A DNA stretch of 64,000 bases from an uncultured Actinomycetota bacterium. Its GTDB lineage: Bacteria > Actinomycetota > Actinomycetes > JACCUZ01. The notes below the pieces were generated by a model. That model searched no databases. It was not told the DNA's origin and worked only from the letters and a program-made list of their open reading frames with translations. How positions within the stretch are numbered: position 1 is the stretch's first letter; each line of letters opens with the position of its first letter. Location of the stretch: NCBI GenBank assembly GCA_963726615.1, contig CAVSCX010000006.1, forward strand, positions 1,241-65,240, given 5' to 3'. The translations under genes and the position numbers were made by a program. This document shows, in pieces, positions 27,250-36,804 of the stretch.

Positions 27250-28481
27250 GCCTGGCTCACCACCGGTCGGCGGACGACGCCGACGGTGAACGCGAGGGCG
27301 AGGACTGCCACCAGGGCGAGCAGGAGCAGACCGACCGCGTAGGACCCGGAACTGCCGTAGATCGAGCCCATCAGCAGGGGAGGCACGAAGCCGCCGAGGC
27401 CGCCGGCAGCTCCCACCACGCCGGTGACCGAGCCCACCGTGCCGGCTGGGCTGCGGCGGGCCACCAGGGCGAACACTGCGCCGGCTCCTGCGCCAAGCGC
27501 CGCCGCCATCGACAGGAACGCGACCGTCCCTACCGGCAGCAGTCCGGGCCGGGCCGACTGCACTGTCGCGCAGAGAGCGACCACACCGAGCACGCCCGCG
27601 AGCACGGACGACGGTGTGTACCGGTCGGAGAGCCAGCCACCCACCGGCCGCATCAGCACCGCGACGAGGACGAAGCCCGCCATCCGGTTGGACGCGTCCG
27701 CCTGGGTCAGCGCGTAGTCGTTCTTGAGGTAGGTCGGCAGGTAGACAGAGAAGGCCACGTAGCCGCCGAAGGTGACGGAGTACAGGGTCGAGGCCTGCCA
27801 GGTGATGGGTAGTCGCAGCGTGGCGCGCAGCCCCGAGACGAAGCTCCCCGTCGGCATGGTCCGGTCCGGCGGGTCCCGCAGCAGGGCGGCGGCCACGGCC
27901 CCGTACGTCGCGAGCACGACGGCGGTGAGGATGAACGGTGCGGCGATGCCGAACCTGTCGGCGAGCTTGACCGTGGTGAGCGCGCTGATGGCGGTGCCGC
28001 CCATGCCGGCACCGAAGACCCCGACGGCGGTACCGCGGTGGGTGGTGGTGAACCAGCCGTTGACCAGAGGCACTCCGACCGCGAACGAGGTGCCGGCGAT
28101 GCCGAGGAAGAAGCCGCCGACCAGCAGGCCACCGAAGGACTCGTGCCCACCGAGGCCGAGGTACAGCACCGGGACGACGGTGGCGAACGAGACGGCGGGA
28201 AGCATCGTCCGGCCGCCGAGCCGGTCGGTCATCGCACCGACCGGGATCCGGCCGAGGGCACCCACGATGACCGGGACCGCCACCACCATGGCCTGCTGGA
28301 ACGACGTGAGGTCGAGCGACTCCTTCAGTCGCGGTGCGAGCGGACTCAGCAGTGCCCAGGCCCAGAAGTTGATCGCGAAACCGACCGTGGCCAGGGCCAG
28401 GACCGTCCCCGTGGAGGATCCGCGGGCGGCGCGCCCCTGAGGGATCCGGGTCGTGGCAGGGACGTTCGACGGCGTACTCAC
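27246..28481 (-). CDS. narK: NarK-family nitrate/nitrite MFS transporter
   Basis: 12 TM; GRIPVG, RPVGG, GAAGGLGGF signature; first gene of the nar operon. Confidence 0.9.
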   Translation of the reverse strand: MSTPSNVPATTRIPQGRAARGSSTGTVLALATVGFAINFWAWALLSPLAPRLKESLDLTSFQQAMVVAVPVIVGALGRIPVGAMTDRLGGRTMLPAVSFATVVPVLYLGLGGHESFGGLLVGGFFLGIAGTSFAVGVPLVNGWFTTTHRGTAVGVFGAGMGGTAISALTTVKLADRFGIAAPFILTAVVLATYGAVAAALLRDPPDRTMPTGSFVSGLRATLRLPITWQASTLYSVTFGGYVAFSVYLPTYLKNDYALTQADASNRMAGFVLVAVLMRPVGGWLSDRYTPSSVLAGVLGVVALCATVQSARPGLLPVGTVAFLSMAAALGAGAGAVFALVARRSPAGTVGSVTGVVGAAGGLGGFVPPLLMGSIYGSSGSYAVGLLLLALVAVLALAFTVGVVRRPVVSQA

Positions 28482-28518
28482 GGCTGGCAGGCTTCCGTGC
28501 GAGCCTGGCCGTCAGCCA

Positions 28519-28553
28519 GGGGCAAAGGTCCCGCCGCCGGGGTCGATCGACCC
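28519..28553. promoter_or_regulatory. Tandem DosR/DevR(OsdR)-like boxes upstream of narK
   Basis: GGGGCAAAGGTCCC (28519-28532) and GGGTCGATCGACCC (28540-28553), both GGGnCnnnnGnCCC, 21 bp apart. Confidence 0.7.
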
Positions 28554-28640
28554 GAGGCGGCGGGACGACCGCGCGGGCCGGTCAGCGCTCGAGCCAGACG
28601 TTCGGCCGCCCGCACGGATGTCACGAACTGCCCGAAGGGC

Positions 28641-29417
28641 TCAGTCAGCGAGCGAGCCACCGAAGATCTGCCAGGCGAGCACCGACTTCGCCACCAGGCT
28701 GAGCACCAGGTAGACCTTCTCGCCGTAGGCGTAGTCGGTCCACCGGCCGAGGCCGCGGTACTGCAGCCACTGGTTCAGGCCGAAGCTGAAGAAGAACACG
28801 AACTGGGCAAGGACGATGCCGTAGACGAAGCCCGGCACCGTCTCCGAGCCGACGATGTTCACCGCGATCGCCGCCCACGGGGCGAGGCCGGCCAGCGTCC
28901 CGAACCAGAACGGCAGCATCGTCGTGCGCTCTCGGCCGGGCGGGTTCATCAGCTCCTGCAGCCAGCCGAAGAGGATCATCGCCACGTTCGCGCCGGCGAC
29001 GGCGATGACCGCGTTGATGCCGCTGATGCCGGAGTAGAAGCCGATCAGGACCACCATCAGGGTGGCGCTGACCGAGTACTCCACCCACCGGAAGCGGTTG
29101 ATGCCGCCGGCGAGGTCCCGCTCGTACGTCGGCCGCGCGACCGTCGCGGTCAGCAGGTGGTCCAGCGCGGCCAGGCCCAGGAAAACCGCGACCGCCCAGC
29201 CGATCCGGACGTCGAACAGAGCGTCGGGTGCCGGCACCGCGGTGCCGGGCGGCCCCTCCGGGAACGACGAGGTCACGGTGATGGCGAAGTCGCCGGCGAG
29301 CACGAGGACGAGGACGGCCTGGGCCAGGTGCAGGACCGTCAGACCGAGGTTCCACCGGCGCAGCCCGGCCAGGCGCTGGTCCGTGACGCCTGTCGCGACG
29401 GTTGCTCCGGTGGTCAC
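28641..29417 (-). CDS. heR: Heliorhodopsin
   Basis: 7 TM; LHLAQ, LDH, NRFRWVEYS, and LSLVAKS with the retinal lysine. Confidence 0.95.
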   Translation of the reverse strand: MTTGATVATGVTDQRLAGLRRWNLGLTVLHLAQAVLVLVLAGDFAITVTSSFPEGPPGTAVPAPDALFDVRIGWAVAVFLGLAALDHLLTATVARPTYERDLAGGINRFRWVEYSVSATLMVVLIGFYSGISGINAVIAVAGANVAMILFGWLQELMNPPGRERTTMLPFWFGTLAGLAPWAAIAVNIVGSETVPGFVYGIVLAQFVFFFSFGLNQWLQYRGLGRWTDYAYGEKVYLVLSLVAKSVLAWQIFGGSLAD

Positions 29418-29537
29418 GAGGGCACCTCCGGTCGTGGGCGGCTGGCCTTCGACGCTAACAGCGGCTCGCGGATGCTGCCGCGCCCGGCCTTCGCCGCGAC
29501 CGGGTCCGGCCGGTGACGAGGACAGGGCACGTTGCAG

Positions 29538-30431
29538 TCAGAGCCCGTCGAGGGCTCGCTGGAGTTCGCTGACCCGCCTGGTGGCTCGCTCCGCGACGGC
29601 TCGGGTCTCGTCACGGGCGGCGGCCGCCTCCCGGCTCGCGGCCGCCGCCGCCTGCTCGCCCGACTCCGCCTGCTCGAGCTCGTCGGCCAGCCGCTGCGCC
29701 GTGCGCCGCGCCTCGGCCGCGGTCCGGTCCGCCACGATCGCGGCGTCCTCGGCGTCGGCGCGGGCATCGGCCGCGGCGCGGGCCTCCCGCCAGGCGTCGG
29801 CGAGCTCGGCCTCGAGTGCAGCCCGGCGCTCGGCACGTTCCCGTTCCTCCGGAGTGGACGCCGACCTTGACCTACGCCGGGCGGCCGGCGTCCGTCGCGC
29901 GACCGGCCCGCCCGGGTCGGAGCGGAACGCGTCGTGCCGCAGCACCTCGGACAGCCGGCCCTCGCGCAGGAGCTCGCCGGCCCGCTCGTCGGCGAGCGCC
30001 GCCAGCAGGGTCTGCTCGAGGCCGCGGGCGGCGTCCTCGGAGACTGGTTGCCCGACCGCGTGGGCGTCCTTGCGAGCCTGGCGGACCAGAGCCTGCACCA
30101 GCCGGCCCCGCTGCAGTGACAGCTCCTTGAGCTGCGGACCGCTCAGCGCTGCGGCCGCCTCCCGCAGGCCGGCACCGAGCTCGAGCAGCGGCTCGATCTC
30201 GTCGGCGTGCTCGCGGACCAGCTGGTTCGCCAGCCACGCCGCCACGGTCGGGCGGCGCAGCGCTGCCACCTCTCGTGCCGCGACCTGGTCGCCGCCTGCC
30301 CGCAGGGCCTTCGCCCTGGCGTCCCGCGCCGCGACGAACTCCTTCGGCCCCAGGCCGTAGAGCTCGTCGGCGGCCGAGGCGACGACGTCGTCGATGCCGT
30401 GGATTCCGTTCTGCTCGTCGCGACCGGGCAC
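29538..30431 (-). CDS. Conserved-looking actinobacterial hypothetical protein with coiled-coil tail
   Basis: ADELYGL.P.EF.AARD...LRRPTVAAW..N; GC-typical codon usage. Confidence 0.7.
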   Translation of the reverse strand: MPGRDEQNGIHGIDDVVASAADELYGLGPKEFVAARDARAKALRAGGDQVAAREVAALRRPTVAAWLANQLVREHADEIEPLLELGAGLREAAAALSGPQLKELSLQRGRLVQALVRQARKDAHAVGQPVSEDAARGLEQTLLAALADERAGELLREGRLSEVLRHDAFRSDPGGPVARRTPAARRRSRSASTPEERERAERRAALEAELADAWREARAAADARADAEDAAIVADRTAAEARRTAQRLADELEQAESGEQAAAAASREAAAARDETRAVAERATRRVSELQRALDGL

Positions 30432-30520
30432 GTCCTGATCCTGGCAGGACCCGCTGCCGGCCGCGACGGGCGGTCATCGTCGGTCGTCGCGCCAGGGAGG
30501 CGGCCGGTGAGCCCCCCGAC

Positions 30521-31009
30521 TCACCAGCGCACGGCGGACGAGAACGATGCGCCGTAGCCGTAGCCCAGCGAGTTCGAGGCCGCGATCAGGCCGTCCCCGA
30601 CCACGCGGACCTTGCGATGAGCGGTCCCGGAGTACGTCGCGTGCCGGTTGCGGAACGACGCGTTGAGGATCAACGTCGGGCTGAACTGGTGCATGCACAC
30701 CTCGCCGCGCGTGTGCACGGTGAGCTGCTCGCCCGGCGAGACGGTCAGCACGGCGTCCACGTGCACGCGGTCGCATGCCCCCTGCTCCGTCGGCAGGCTG
30801 CCGTCCTTCGCGGTGACCACGAGGTCGAGGAAGCCGCCGAGCTCCCCGGCCGTCGAGCCGTCGAGGTGCAACGACGAGGCGCTGACCTCCGGCGAGCTGT
30901 CGAAGATGCGGCGGTCGATGTTCTCGACAGAGCGCGCCTGGGCAGTGACGGGCACGGTGGCCAGGGCCGCGGCGGCGACGACGGTGGCGAGCAAGGGTCT
31001 GATGCGCAT
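30521..31009 (-). CDS. Secreted hypothetical protein
   Basis: Signal peptide ending AQA; two Cys; GGAG RBS. Confidence 0.7.
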   Translation of the reverse strand: MRIRPLLATVVAAAALATVPVTAQARSVENIDRRIFDSSPEVSASSLHLDGSTAGELGGFLDLVVTAKDGSLPTEQGACDRVHVDAVLTVSPGEQLTVHTRGEVCMHQFSPTLILNASFRNRHATYSGTAHRKVRVVGDGLIAASNSLGYGYGASFSSAVRW

Positions 31010-31136
31010 GAGGACTCCGTGACGGCGGGCCGGGGCGAACCCGGTGCGGTATATGGACCCCAAGACAGTGCGGTCAGGACCTTGCGCGGCGCTTGGAGAT
31101 GACTTGCCGGGCAGGGTGCCGTGCCGGGTCGACGGG

Positions 31137-31490
31137 TCAGCGCCGCCCCGCCCGCACCAGGACCCCGGCGGCAACCCAGACGGCTGCGGCGCCGGCGCTG
31201 ACGGCGGCGGCGGTGCGGTAGCGAGGGGAAAGCGCCGCCACGGGCAGCATGCTCAGGCCGTGCAGGGCGTCGAGCACGAGTCCGGCCTCGACGGACGCCG
31301 GGGCAGGGCGCGCCAGCAGCAGGGCCCCCTGCGCGATGTCGCGGGCCGCCAGGGCGCCAGCCGCCCCGCGTCCCGGGCCGGGGAGCGTGCCGCCGGCGGC
31401 CGGGTGCCGGGCAGCCAGGCCCAGGGCCCAGGCCGCGCCGACGCCCACCCGGACGGCGCCGAGCACCTGCATCCCGGCCGTCCCGGTCAC
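31137..31490 (-). CDS. Small membrane protein
   Basis: GTGA overlap with the SDR; hydrophobic; LAARD.AQG...DALHGLSM. Confidence 0.7.
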   Translation of the reverse strand: MTGTAGMQVLGAVRVGVGAAWALGLAARHPAAGGTLPGPGRGAAGALAARDIAQGALLLARPAPASVEAGLVLDALHGLSMLPVAALSPRYRTAAAVSAGAAAVWVAAGVLVRAGRR

Positions 31491-32482
31491 GAACGGCGCC
31501 AGAGAGCCGCAGCCGCGGCCCCGAGGACACCGACCGCGGCGGCCACGGCCCCGTGGTGCTGGCTGGCCCACAGCTGCGGGCTGCGCGAGTGCGACCTGTC
31601 GTCGAACGCTCCGCGGGCGCCGAAGTCGCGCGTCGCATCCGCGGGCTCCCACAGGTTCTCAGGGGCGTCCGGGTCCCGGGGCTGCGAGGTCTGCTGCGAG
31701 TCGAACCCGGTCCGGCCCAGGTACCGGTCGAGCAGGCCGGGTGCCACGGCATTGGCCATCAGGGTGGCGGCCGTCGAGGCGCCGACCCAGTACTCCCGTC
31801 GCTGCGGGTGGTCGGCGGCGTGCACCACAGCACGCGCCGCGACCTCCGGCTGGTAGATGGGCGGCACCGGCTGCGGGTGCCGGGGCAACCGCGACAGCAC
31901 CCAGGAGAACTGCGGCGTGTTGACCGCCGGCATCTGCACCATCGTCACGTGCACGCCGCTCTTCTCGTGCAGGAGCTCGCACCGCAGGGCTTCGTTGAAC
32001 CCCTGGATGGCGTGCTTCGCCCCGCAGTACGCCGTCTGCAGCGGGATGCCACGGTAGGCCAGCGCCGAGCCCACCTGGACCACCACGCCGCGGTCCCGCG
32101 GCTTCATCCGGTGCAGCGCCGTCATGGTCCCGTACACGTAGCCGAGATAGCTGACCTCGGTGACGCGGCGGAACTCCTCCGCCGTGATCTTCTCGAACGG
32201 CGAGAACACCGAGGTGAACGCGTCGTTGACCCAGACGTCGATGGGGCCGAGCTCCTCCTCCACCCGGTCCGCGACCGCCTCGAGCTGGGCGGGGTCGGCA
32301 ACGTCGGCGGGCAGGACCAGCGCCTCCCCGCCTGCGGCGGCCACCTCCTCGGCAGCGGCCTCCAGCCCCGACCGGCCGCGGGCGACGAGGGCGACCTTGG
32401 CACCGCGCCGGGCGAAGGCGGTCGCGGTGGCGCGGCCGATCCCCCCGCTGGCCCCGGTGACGACGACGACTTCTGCTGACAT
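31487..32482 (-). CDS. SDR oxidoreductase
   Basis: TGASGGIG, YCGAK. Confidence 0.92.
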   Translation of the reverse strand: MSAEVVVVTGASGGIGRATATAFARRGAKVALVARGRSGLEAAAEEVAAAGGEALVLPADVADPAQLEAVADRVEEELGPIDVWVNDAFTSVFSPFEKITAEEFRRVTEVSYLGYVYGTMTALHRMKPRDRGVVVQVGSALAYRGIPLQTAYCGAKHAIQGFNEALRCELLHEKSGVHVTMVQMPAVNTPQFSWVLSRLPRHPQPVPPIYQPEVAARAVVHAADHPQRREYWVGASTAATLMANAVAPGLLDRYLGRTGFDSQQTSQPRDPDAPENLWEPADATRDFGARGAFDDRSHSRSPQLWASQHHGAVAAAVGVLGAAAAALWRRS

Positions 32483-32618
32483 GGCGTGACTGCTCCACTC
32501 GTGACGACGGCAGGTGCTCCCGGCGCCTACCCGGCCCGGCCCGGGGTACTCGTCCCGACGCTGTGACGTCGTCGGGCTTCCGGCGGCGGCGCGGACGCGG
32601 CGGTCGTAGTGTCGGCGC

Positions 32619-33275
32619 ATGCGGATCTCGGTCCTCGGCACGGGGACGGTCGGGCGCACCCTCGCCGGCGCGCTGGCAGCAGCCGGACACGATGTCGTCA
32701 TCGGCACCCGGGACGTCGCGGCGTCGGCGGCGCGACCTGAGGTGTCCGCGTGGGCTGCGGAGCACGAAGGCATCGCCGTCGTCGACCTTGCCGTCGCCGG
32801 CGCCCGCGCCCAGGTCGTCGTCAACGCGACAAGTAGTGACGGGACCTTGGCAGCGCTGCGCGGCGCCGGCGACCTCGACGGCGTCGTCGTCGCCGACGTC
32901 GCGAACCCGCTCGACTTCTCCGCCGGGTTCCCGCCGACGCTGTCGATCGCGAACAACGACAGCCTCGGCGAGCAGGTGCAGGCGGCCTTCCCCGGTGCGC
33001 GCGTGGTGAAGACGCTCAACACCGTGACCGCGGCCGTGATGGTGGACCCCGGTGCGCTGCCGGAGGAGCACCACGTGTTCGTGGCCGGTGACGACGCCGA
33101 CGCCAAGGCGGTCGTCACCGGCCTGCTCGGCGACCTGGGCTGGCCTCGGTCGTCGGTCGTCGACCTCGGGGGCATCCGTGCGGCCCGCGCCTGCGAGATG
33201 TACCTCCCGCTCTGGCTCGCGCTGATGGGCGAGGTCGGGTCGCCGTTCTTCAACATCCGGGTCGTCCGGCCCTGA
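32619..33275 (+). CDS. NADPH-dependent F420 reductase-like oxidoreductase
   Basis: GTGTVG, DVANPLDFS, VVKTLNT. Confidence 0.85.
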   Translation: MRISVLGTGTVGRTLAGALAAAGHDVVIGTRDVAASAARPEVSAWAAEHEGIAVVDLAVAGARAQVVVNATSSDGTLAALRGAGDLDGVVVADVANPLDFSAGFPPTLSIANNDSLGEQVQAAFPGARVVKTLNTVTAAVMVDPGALPEEHHVFVAGDDADAKAVVTGLLGDLGWPRSSVVDLGGIRAARACEMYLPLWLALMGEVGSPFFNIRVVRP

Positions 33276-33318
33276 CGGCGAACGGGCTCGGCCGGCTCGC
33301 CGACGTACGGTGGCGCCT

Positions 33319-34101
33319 GTGACCGAGACCCGTGACAGCGCCCCGGTGGACTTCGACGACAGCGCCGCCTTGGCAGCTCGGATGGACGCCCGCCGCATGG
33401 ACCTCACCGTCGTGTCGGTACGGGCGCTCACACCCACCCTGGTGCGGGTCGAGCTGGCAGGCGAGGGGCTGCGGGGGCTGAGCGCGGAGCCCGGGCAGGA
33501 CCTCATGCTGACCGCGGACGCGACCAGCCCGGTGGTCCGGCGCCGATGGACGATGCGGGACCTCGATCCGGCGGAGGGGACCGTCGCCGTGGACGTCGTC
33601 GTCCATCCCGGTGTCGAGGGAGCCAGCCGTCTGCACGAGGCCGCGCCGGGAGACGTCGTCGAGGCCATCGGGCCACGAGGGAAGGTGCACCTCGTCGCCG
33701 GGGCGCGGGTGCACCACTTCCTCGGCGACCAGAGCTTCCTGCCGGCCGCGTACGCGATGGCGGAGGCCGTCACCGGCCCGGCCTCTGCGGTGGTCACGCT
33801 GACGGTCCCCTCGCCCGTGGACCGGCTCCCGTTGCGGGCCCCGGCCTGCCCCCACGGGGTCAGCTGGGTCGAGGCCGCCGACGACGACTCCGGCACCGGC
33901 CTGGCGCTGCTCGCCGCGAGCGGACTGGGCGACCCCGAGGACGGCGTCGTCGTGTACGTCGGCGGCGAGATGTCGATGGCGGCAAGCATCCGGGCGGCGC
34001 TGGTGAAGGACCGAGGCTGGCCGCGCGACGCCGTGCTGCCGAAGCCGTACTGGCGGCGCGGCACACCTAACGCCCGTCATGGTGAGCCCGGCCGCGACTG
34101 A
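33319..34101 (+). CDS. Siderophore-interacting protein (FAD-binding reductase)
   Basis: RRWTMR, VDVVVH, GPRG, GD...PA, YWRRG. Confidence 0.8.
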   Translation: MTETRDSAPVDFDDSAALAARMDARRMDLTVVSVRALTPTLVRVELAGEGLRGLSAEPGQDLMLTADATSPVVRRRWTMRDLDPAEGTVAVDVVVHPGVEGASRLHEAAPGDVVEAIGPRGKVHLVAGARVHHFLGDQSFLPAAYAMAEAVTGPASAVVTLTVPSPVDRLPLRAPACPHGVSWVEAADDDSGTGLALLAASGLGDPEDGVVVYVGGEMSMAASIRAALVKDRGWPRDAVLPKPYWRRGTPNARHGEPGRD

Positions 34102-34117
34102 CCGGATCGACGCCCCC

Positions 34118-34489
34118 TCAGGGGGCCGCGACCGGCACGCGCTCGACCAGCTCGTAGAGACGCCCGTCCGGTGCCACGAAGTGCGCGTAGCGGTAGGTGT
34201 CGTCCGCAGCGGGTCGGTCGACGTGGACGCCGTGTGCGCGCAGCTCGGCAATCGCGGCATCGAGGTCGGCCACCAGGAAGCCGACCGTCCGCGACGTGCC
34301 CGTACCGGGCTCGCGCTCGTCGGCGACGGCGAAGCCGGAACCGTCGGGGAGGGTGAAGTGGTCCGCGTCGCCGGGCGTGGTGGCCGTCCCGGCTCGCGGA
34401 GGCAGCTTCAGCACGTCGGACACGAACGCAGACATCGCCCGGCGGTGTGGGGTCGCCGTGCCGGCGAAGACGAGCCCGAGGATCTCCAT
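34118..34489 (-). CDS. VOC/glyoxalase family protein
   Basis: GFLVADLDAAIAELR...HFVAPDGRLYELVE. Confidence 0.85.
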   Translation of the reverse strand: MEILGLVFAGTATPHRRAMSAFVSDVLKLPPRAGTATTPGDADHFTLPDGSGFAVADEREPGTGTSRTVGFLVADLDAAIAELRAHGVHVDRPAADDTYRYAHFVAPDGRLYELVERVPVAAP

Positions 34490-34638
34490 GGCGGACGACC
34501 GTAGGGCCTCGAGCTCGTTGTCGCGCGTCGTGGGCCGAGACCGGGTCGGTCGGAACACAGCCCCCGACCGGCATCCGCCCGGGGGACTGGCGGCGAACCA
34601 CTGGACGAGATCGCACCCAACCCGGACCGGAGGACGAC

Positions 34639-34758
34639 GTGAGGCACTTCCCGGCCAAGCGACAGGACATCGCACCGCCGACCGGACTGGTGCCGCTCCT
34701 GCTCGTGGCGGCCGCCGTCCTGGTCGCGCTCGTCCTGGTGATGGTCGTGGTCGTCTGA
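34639..34758 (+). CDS. Putative 39-aa single-TM micropeptide
   Basis: GGAGG at 34629-34633, GTG start, C-terminal hydrophobic run of about 22 aa. Confidence 0.55.
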   Translation: MRHFPAKRQDIAPPTGLVPLLLVAAAVLVALVLVMVVVV

Positions 34759-34819
34759 GCCGACCCGAACGACCCCGACGACCCCACGACCCGGCCCCGC
34801 CCGAGACGATGCGGGCACG

Positions 34820-35665
34820 ATGGCGTCCATGACCCCGCTCCTGCCCCCGACGGCTCCGGTGCTCGTGACCGGCTGCTCGAGCGGCATCGGGCGGGCCGTC
34901 GCTCAGCACCTCCTGCGCGGTCCCCGCCCGGTGTGGGCGACCGCCCGGCGGCCGGGCTCGCTGACCGAACTCGCTGCTGCCGGGGCCCGGGTGATGGCGC
35001 TCGACGTCACCGACGAGGAGTCCATCGTTGCCGCCGTACGCGCGGTCGAGGCCGAGCACGGTTCCGTCGGCGCGTTGGTGAACAACGCCGGCTACGGCGA
35101 GTACGGCGCGGTCGAGATGGTGCCGATCGAGGCGGTGCGTCGTCAGTTCGAGACCAACGTCTTCGGCCTGCTGAGACTGACGCAGCTGGTGCTGCCTGCG
35201 ATGCGGGCGGCCGGGCGGGGCCGCGTCGTGAACATGTCCTCGATGGGTGGCCGGATGACCCTTCCCGGCGGGGGCGCCTACCACGCCAGCAAGTACGCCG
35301 TGGAAGCGCTCAGCGACGCCCTGCGCTTCGAGACCCGCGGGTTCGGCATCGGTGTCTCGGTGGTCGCGCCGGGACCGGTGATGACCGGCTTCGCCGAGGA
35401 CGCCACCCGGCCCGGACCGGGGACCGGTCCGTACGCCGGGTTCATGCGAGCGGTTGCCGCGCGCAACGCTGCCGGGTATGACGGCGGCCGTGGCACCCTG
35501 ACCGCCGACGACGTGGCCGACGTGGTGGTCCAGGCCGTCGAGTCGGCCCGCCCGAAGCCGAGGTACCCGGTCGGCGCCGTGAGCCGGCAGGTCGCCGGGG
35601 CGCGACGGATCCTGCCGACCCAGGTGTGGGACGCGCTGCTGCGACGGCAGTACCCGACCCCCTGA
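34820..35665 (+). CDS. SDR oxidoreductase
   Basis: TGCSSGIG, NNAG, YHASK. Confidence 0.92.
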   Translation: MASMTPLLPPTAPVLVTGCSSGIGRAVAQHLLRGPRPVWATARRPGSLTELAAAGARVMALDVTDEESIVAAVRAVEAEHGSVGALVNNAGYGEYGAVEMVPIEAVRRQFETNVFGLLRLTQLVLPAMRAAGRGRVVNMSSMGGRMTLPGGGAYHASKYAVEALSDALRFETRGFGIGVSVVAPGPVMTGFAEDATRPGPGTGPYAGFMRAVAARNAAGYDGGRGTLTADDVADVVVQAVESARPKPRYPVGAVSRQVAGARRILPTQVWDALLRRQYPTP

Positions 35666-35697
35666 GGCGGCCCGCGGACGGCACTACAGTCTCGGGG

Positions 35698-36804
35698 GTG
35701 ACCGACCGCCGGCCGTCGCTGCTCGGACGGCCGTACCGCGACGAGTCGGCACGACCGCCGCGAGTCAGCCCGCTCAACGCGGCGCTGCTCACCGTCGGCG
35801 TCGACATCGGCGGCACCAAGGTGGTCGCAGGGGTGGTCACGCACGAGGGCGAGATCGTCGACCAGGTGCGTCGCGACACCCCGGACCGGAGCAAGAGCCC
35901 GCAAGTCGTCGAGGACACGATCGTCGACGCGGTCCTCGACCTCGCGACCCGGCACGAGATCCACGCCGTCGGCATCGGCGCCGCGGGGTTCATCGATGCC
36001 GAGCGGGCCACGGTCCTGTTCTCGCCGCACCTCTCCTGGCGCAACGAGCCGCTGCGGGAGGCGATCAGCTCGCGACTCCGGCTGCCGGTCGTGGTGGACA
36101 ACGACGCGAACGCCGCCGTCTGGGCCGAGTGGCGCTTCGGAGCCGGCCGGGGCGAGACCCACCTGGTGTGCGTCAACCTCGGCACCGGCATCGGCGGCGC
36201 GATGATCGTCAACGGAGCGCTGCAGCGAGGCCGGTTCGGGGTGGCGGGGGAGTTCGGTCACATGCAGGTGGTGCCGGACGGCCGGCGCTGCGAGTGCGGC
36301 AACCGCGGCTGCTGGGAGCAGTACGCCTCCGGCAACGTGCTGGTGCGCGAGGCGCGGGAGCTGGCCGCCTCGCACTCGCCGGTGGCGCACGGCCTGCTGG
36401 ACCGCGCCGGGCGCGACCCCGAGGCGATCACCGGGCCGCTGATCACGGCGGCGGCGCAGGACGGCGACCCCGCCGCAAGGGAGCTGTTCGAGGAGATCGG
36501 GCACTGGCTCGGCGTCGGCATGGCCAACCTTGCTGCCGCGGTCGACCCCGGCACCTTCGTCATCGGAGGAGGTCTCTCCGAGGCGGGAGACCTGCTCATC
36601 GTCCCCGCCCGGGAGGCGTTCGCGAAGTCGCTGACCGGTCGGCGGTTCCGGCCCGAGGCGATGATCGTGCCCGCGGCCCTGGGGAACGCAGCCGGCCTCG
36701 TCGGCGCGGCCGACCTCGCGCGCCCGTTCGCCCGGCGGTTCCGCCGGGCCAGGGCCCGCGCCCGCGACCGGCGGGCCCGGCGCGGCGAGCTCGGCACGCC
36801 GTGA
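35698..36804 (+). CDS. ROK-family glucokinase
   Basis: GVDIGGTK, NDANAA, GTGIGG, GEFGH, CECGNRGCWE. Confidence 0.92.
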   Translation: MTDRRPSLLGRPYRDESARPPRVSPLNAALLTVGVDIGGTKVVAGVVTHEGEIVDQVRRDTPDRSKSPQVVEDTIVDAVLDLATRHEIHAVGIGAAGFIDAERATVLFSPHLSWRNEPLREAISSRLRLPVVVDNDANAAVWAEWRFGAGRGETHLVCVNLGTGIGGAMIVNGALQRGRFGVAGEFGHMQVVPDGRRCECGNRGCWEQYASGNVLVREARELAASHSPVAHGLLDRAGRDPEAITGPLITAAAQDGDPAARELFEEIGHWLGVGMANLAAAVDPGTFVIGGGLSEAGDLLIVPAREAFAKSLTGRRFRPEAMIVPAALGNAAGLVGAADLARPFARRFRRARARARDRRARRGELGTP

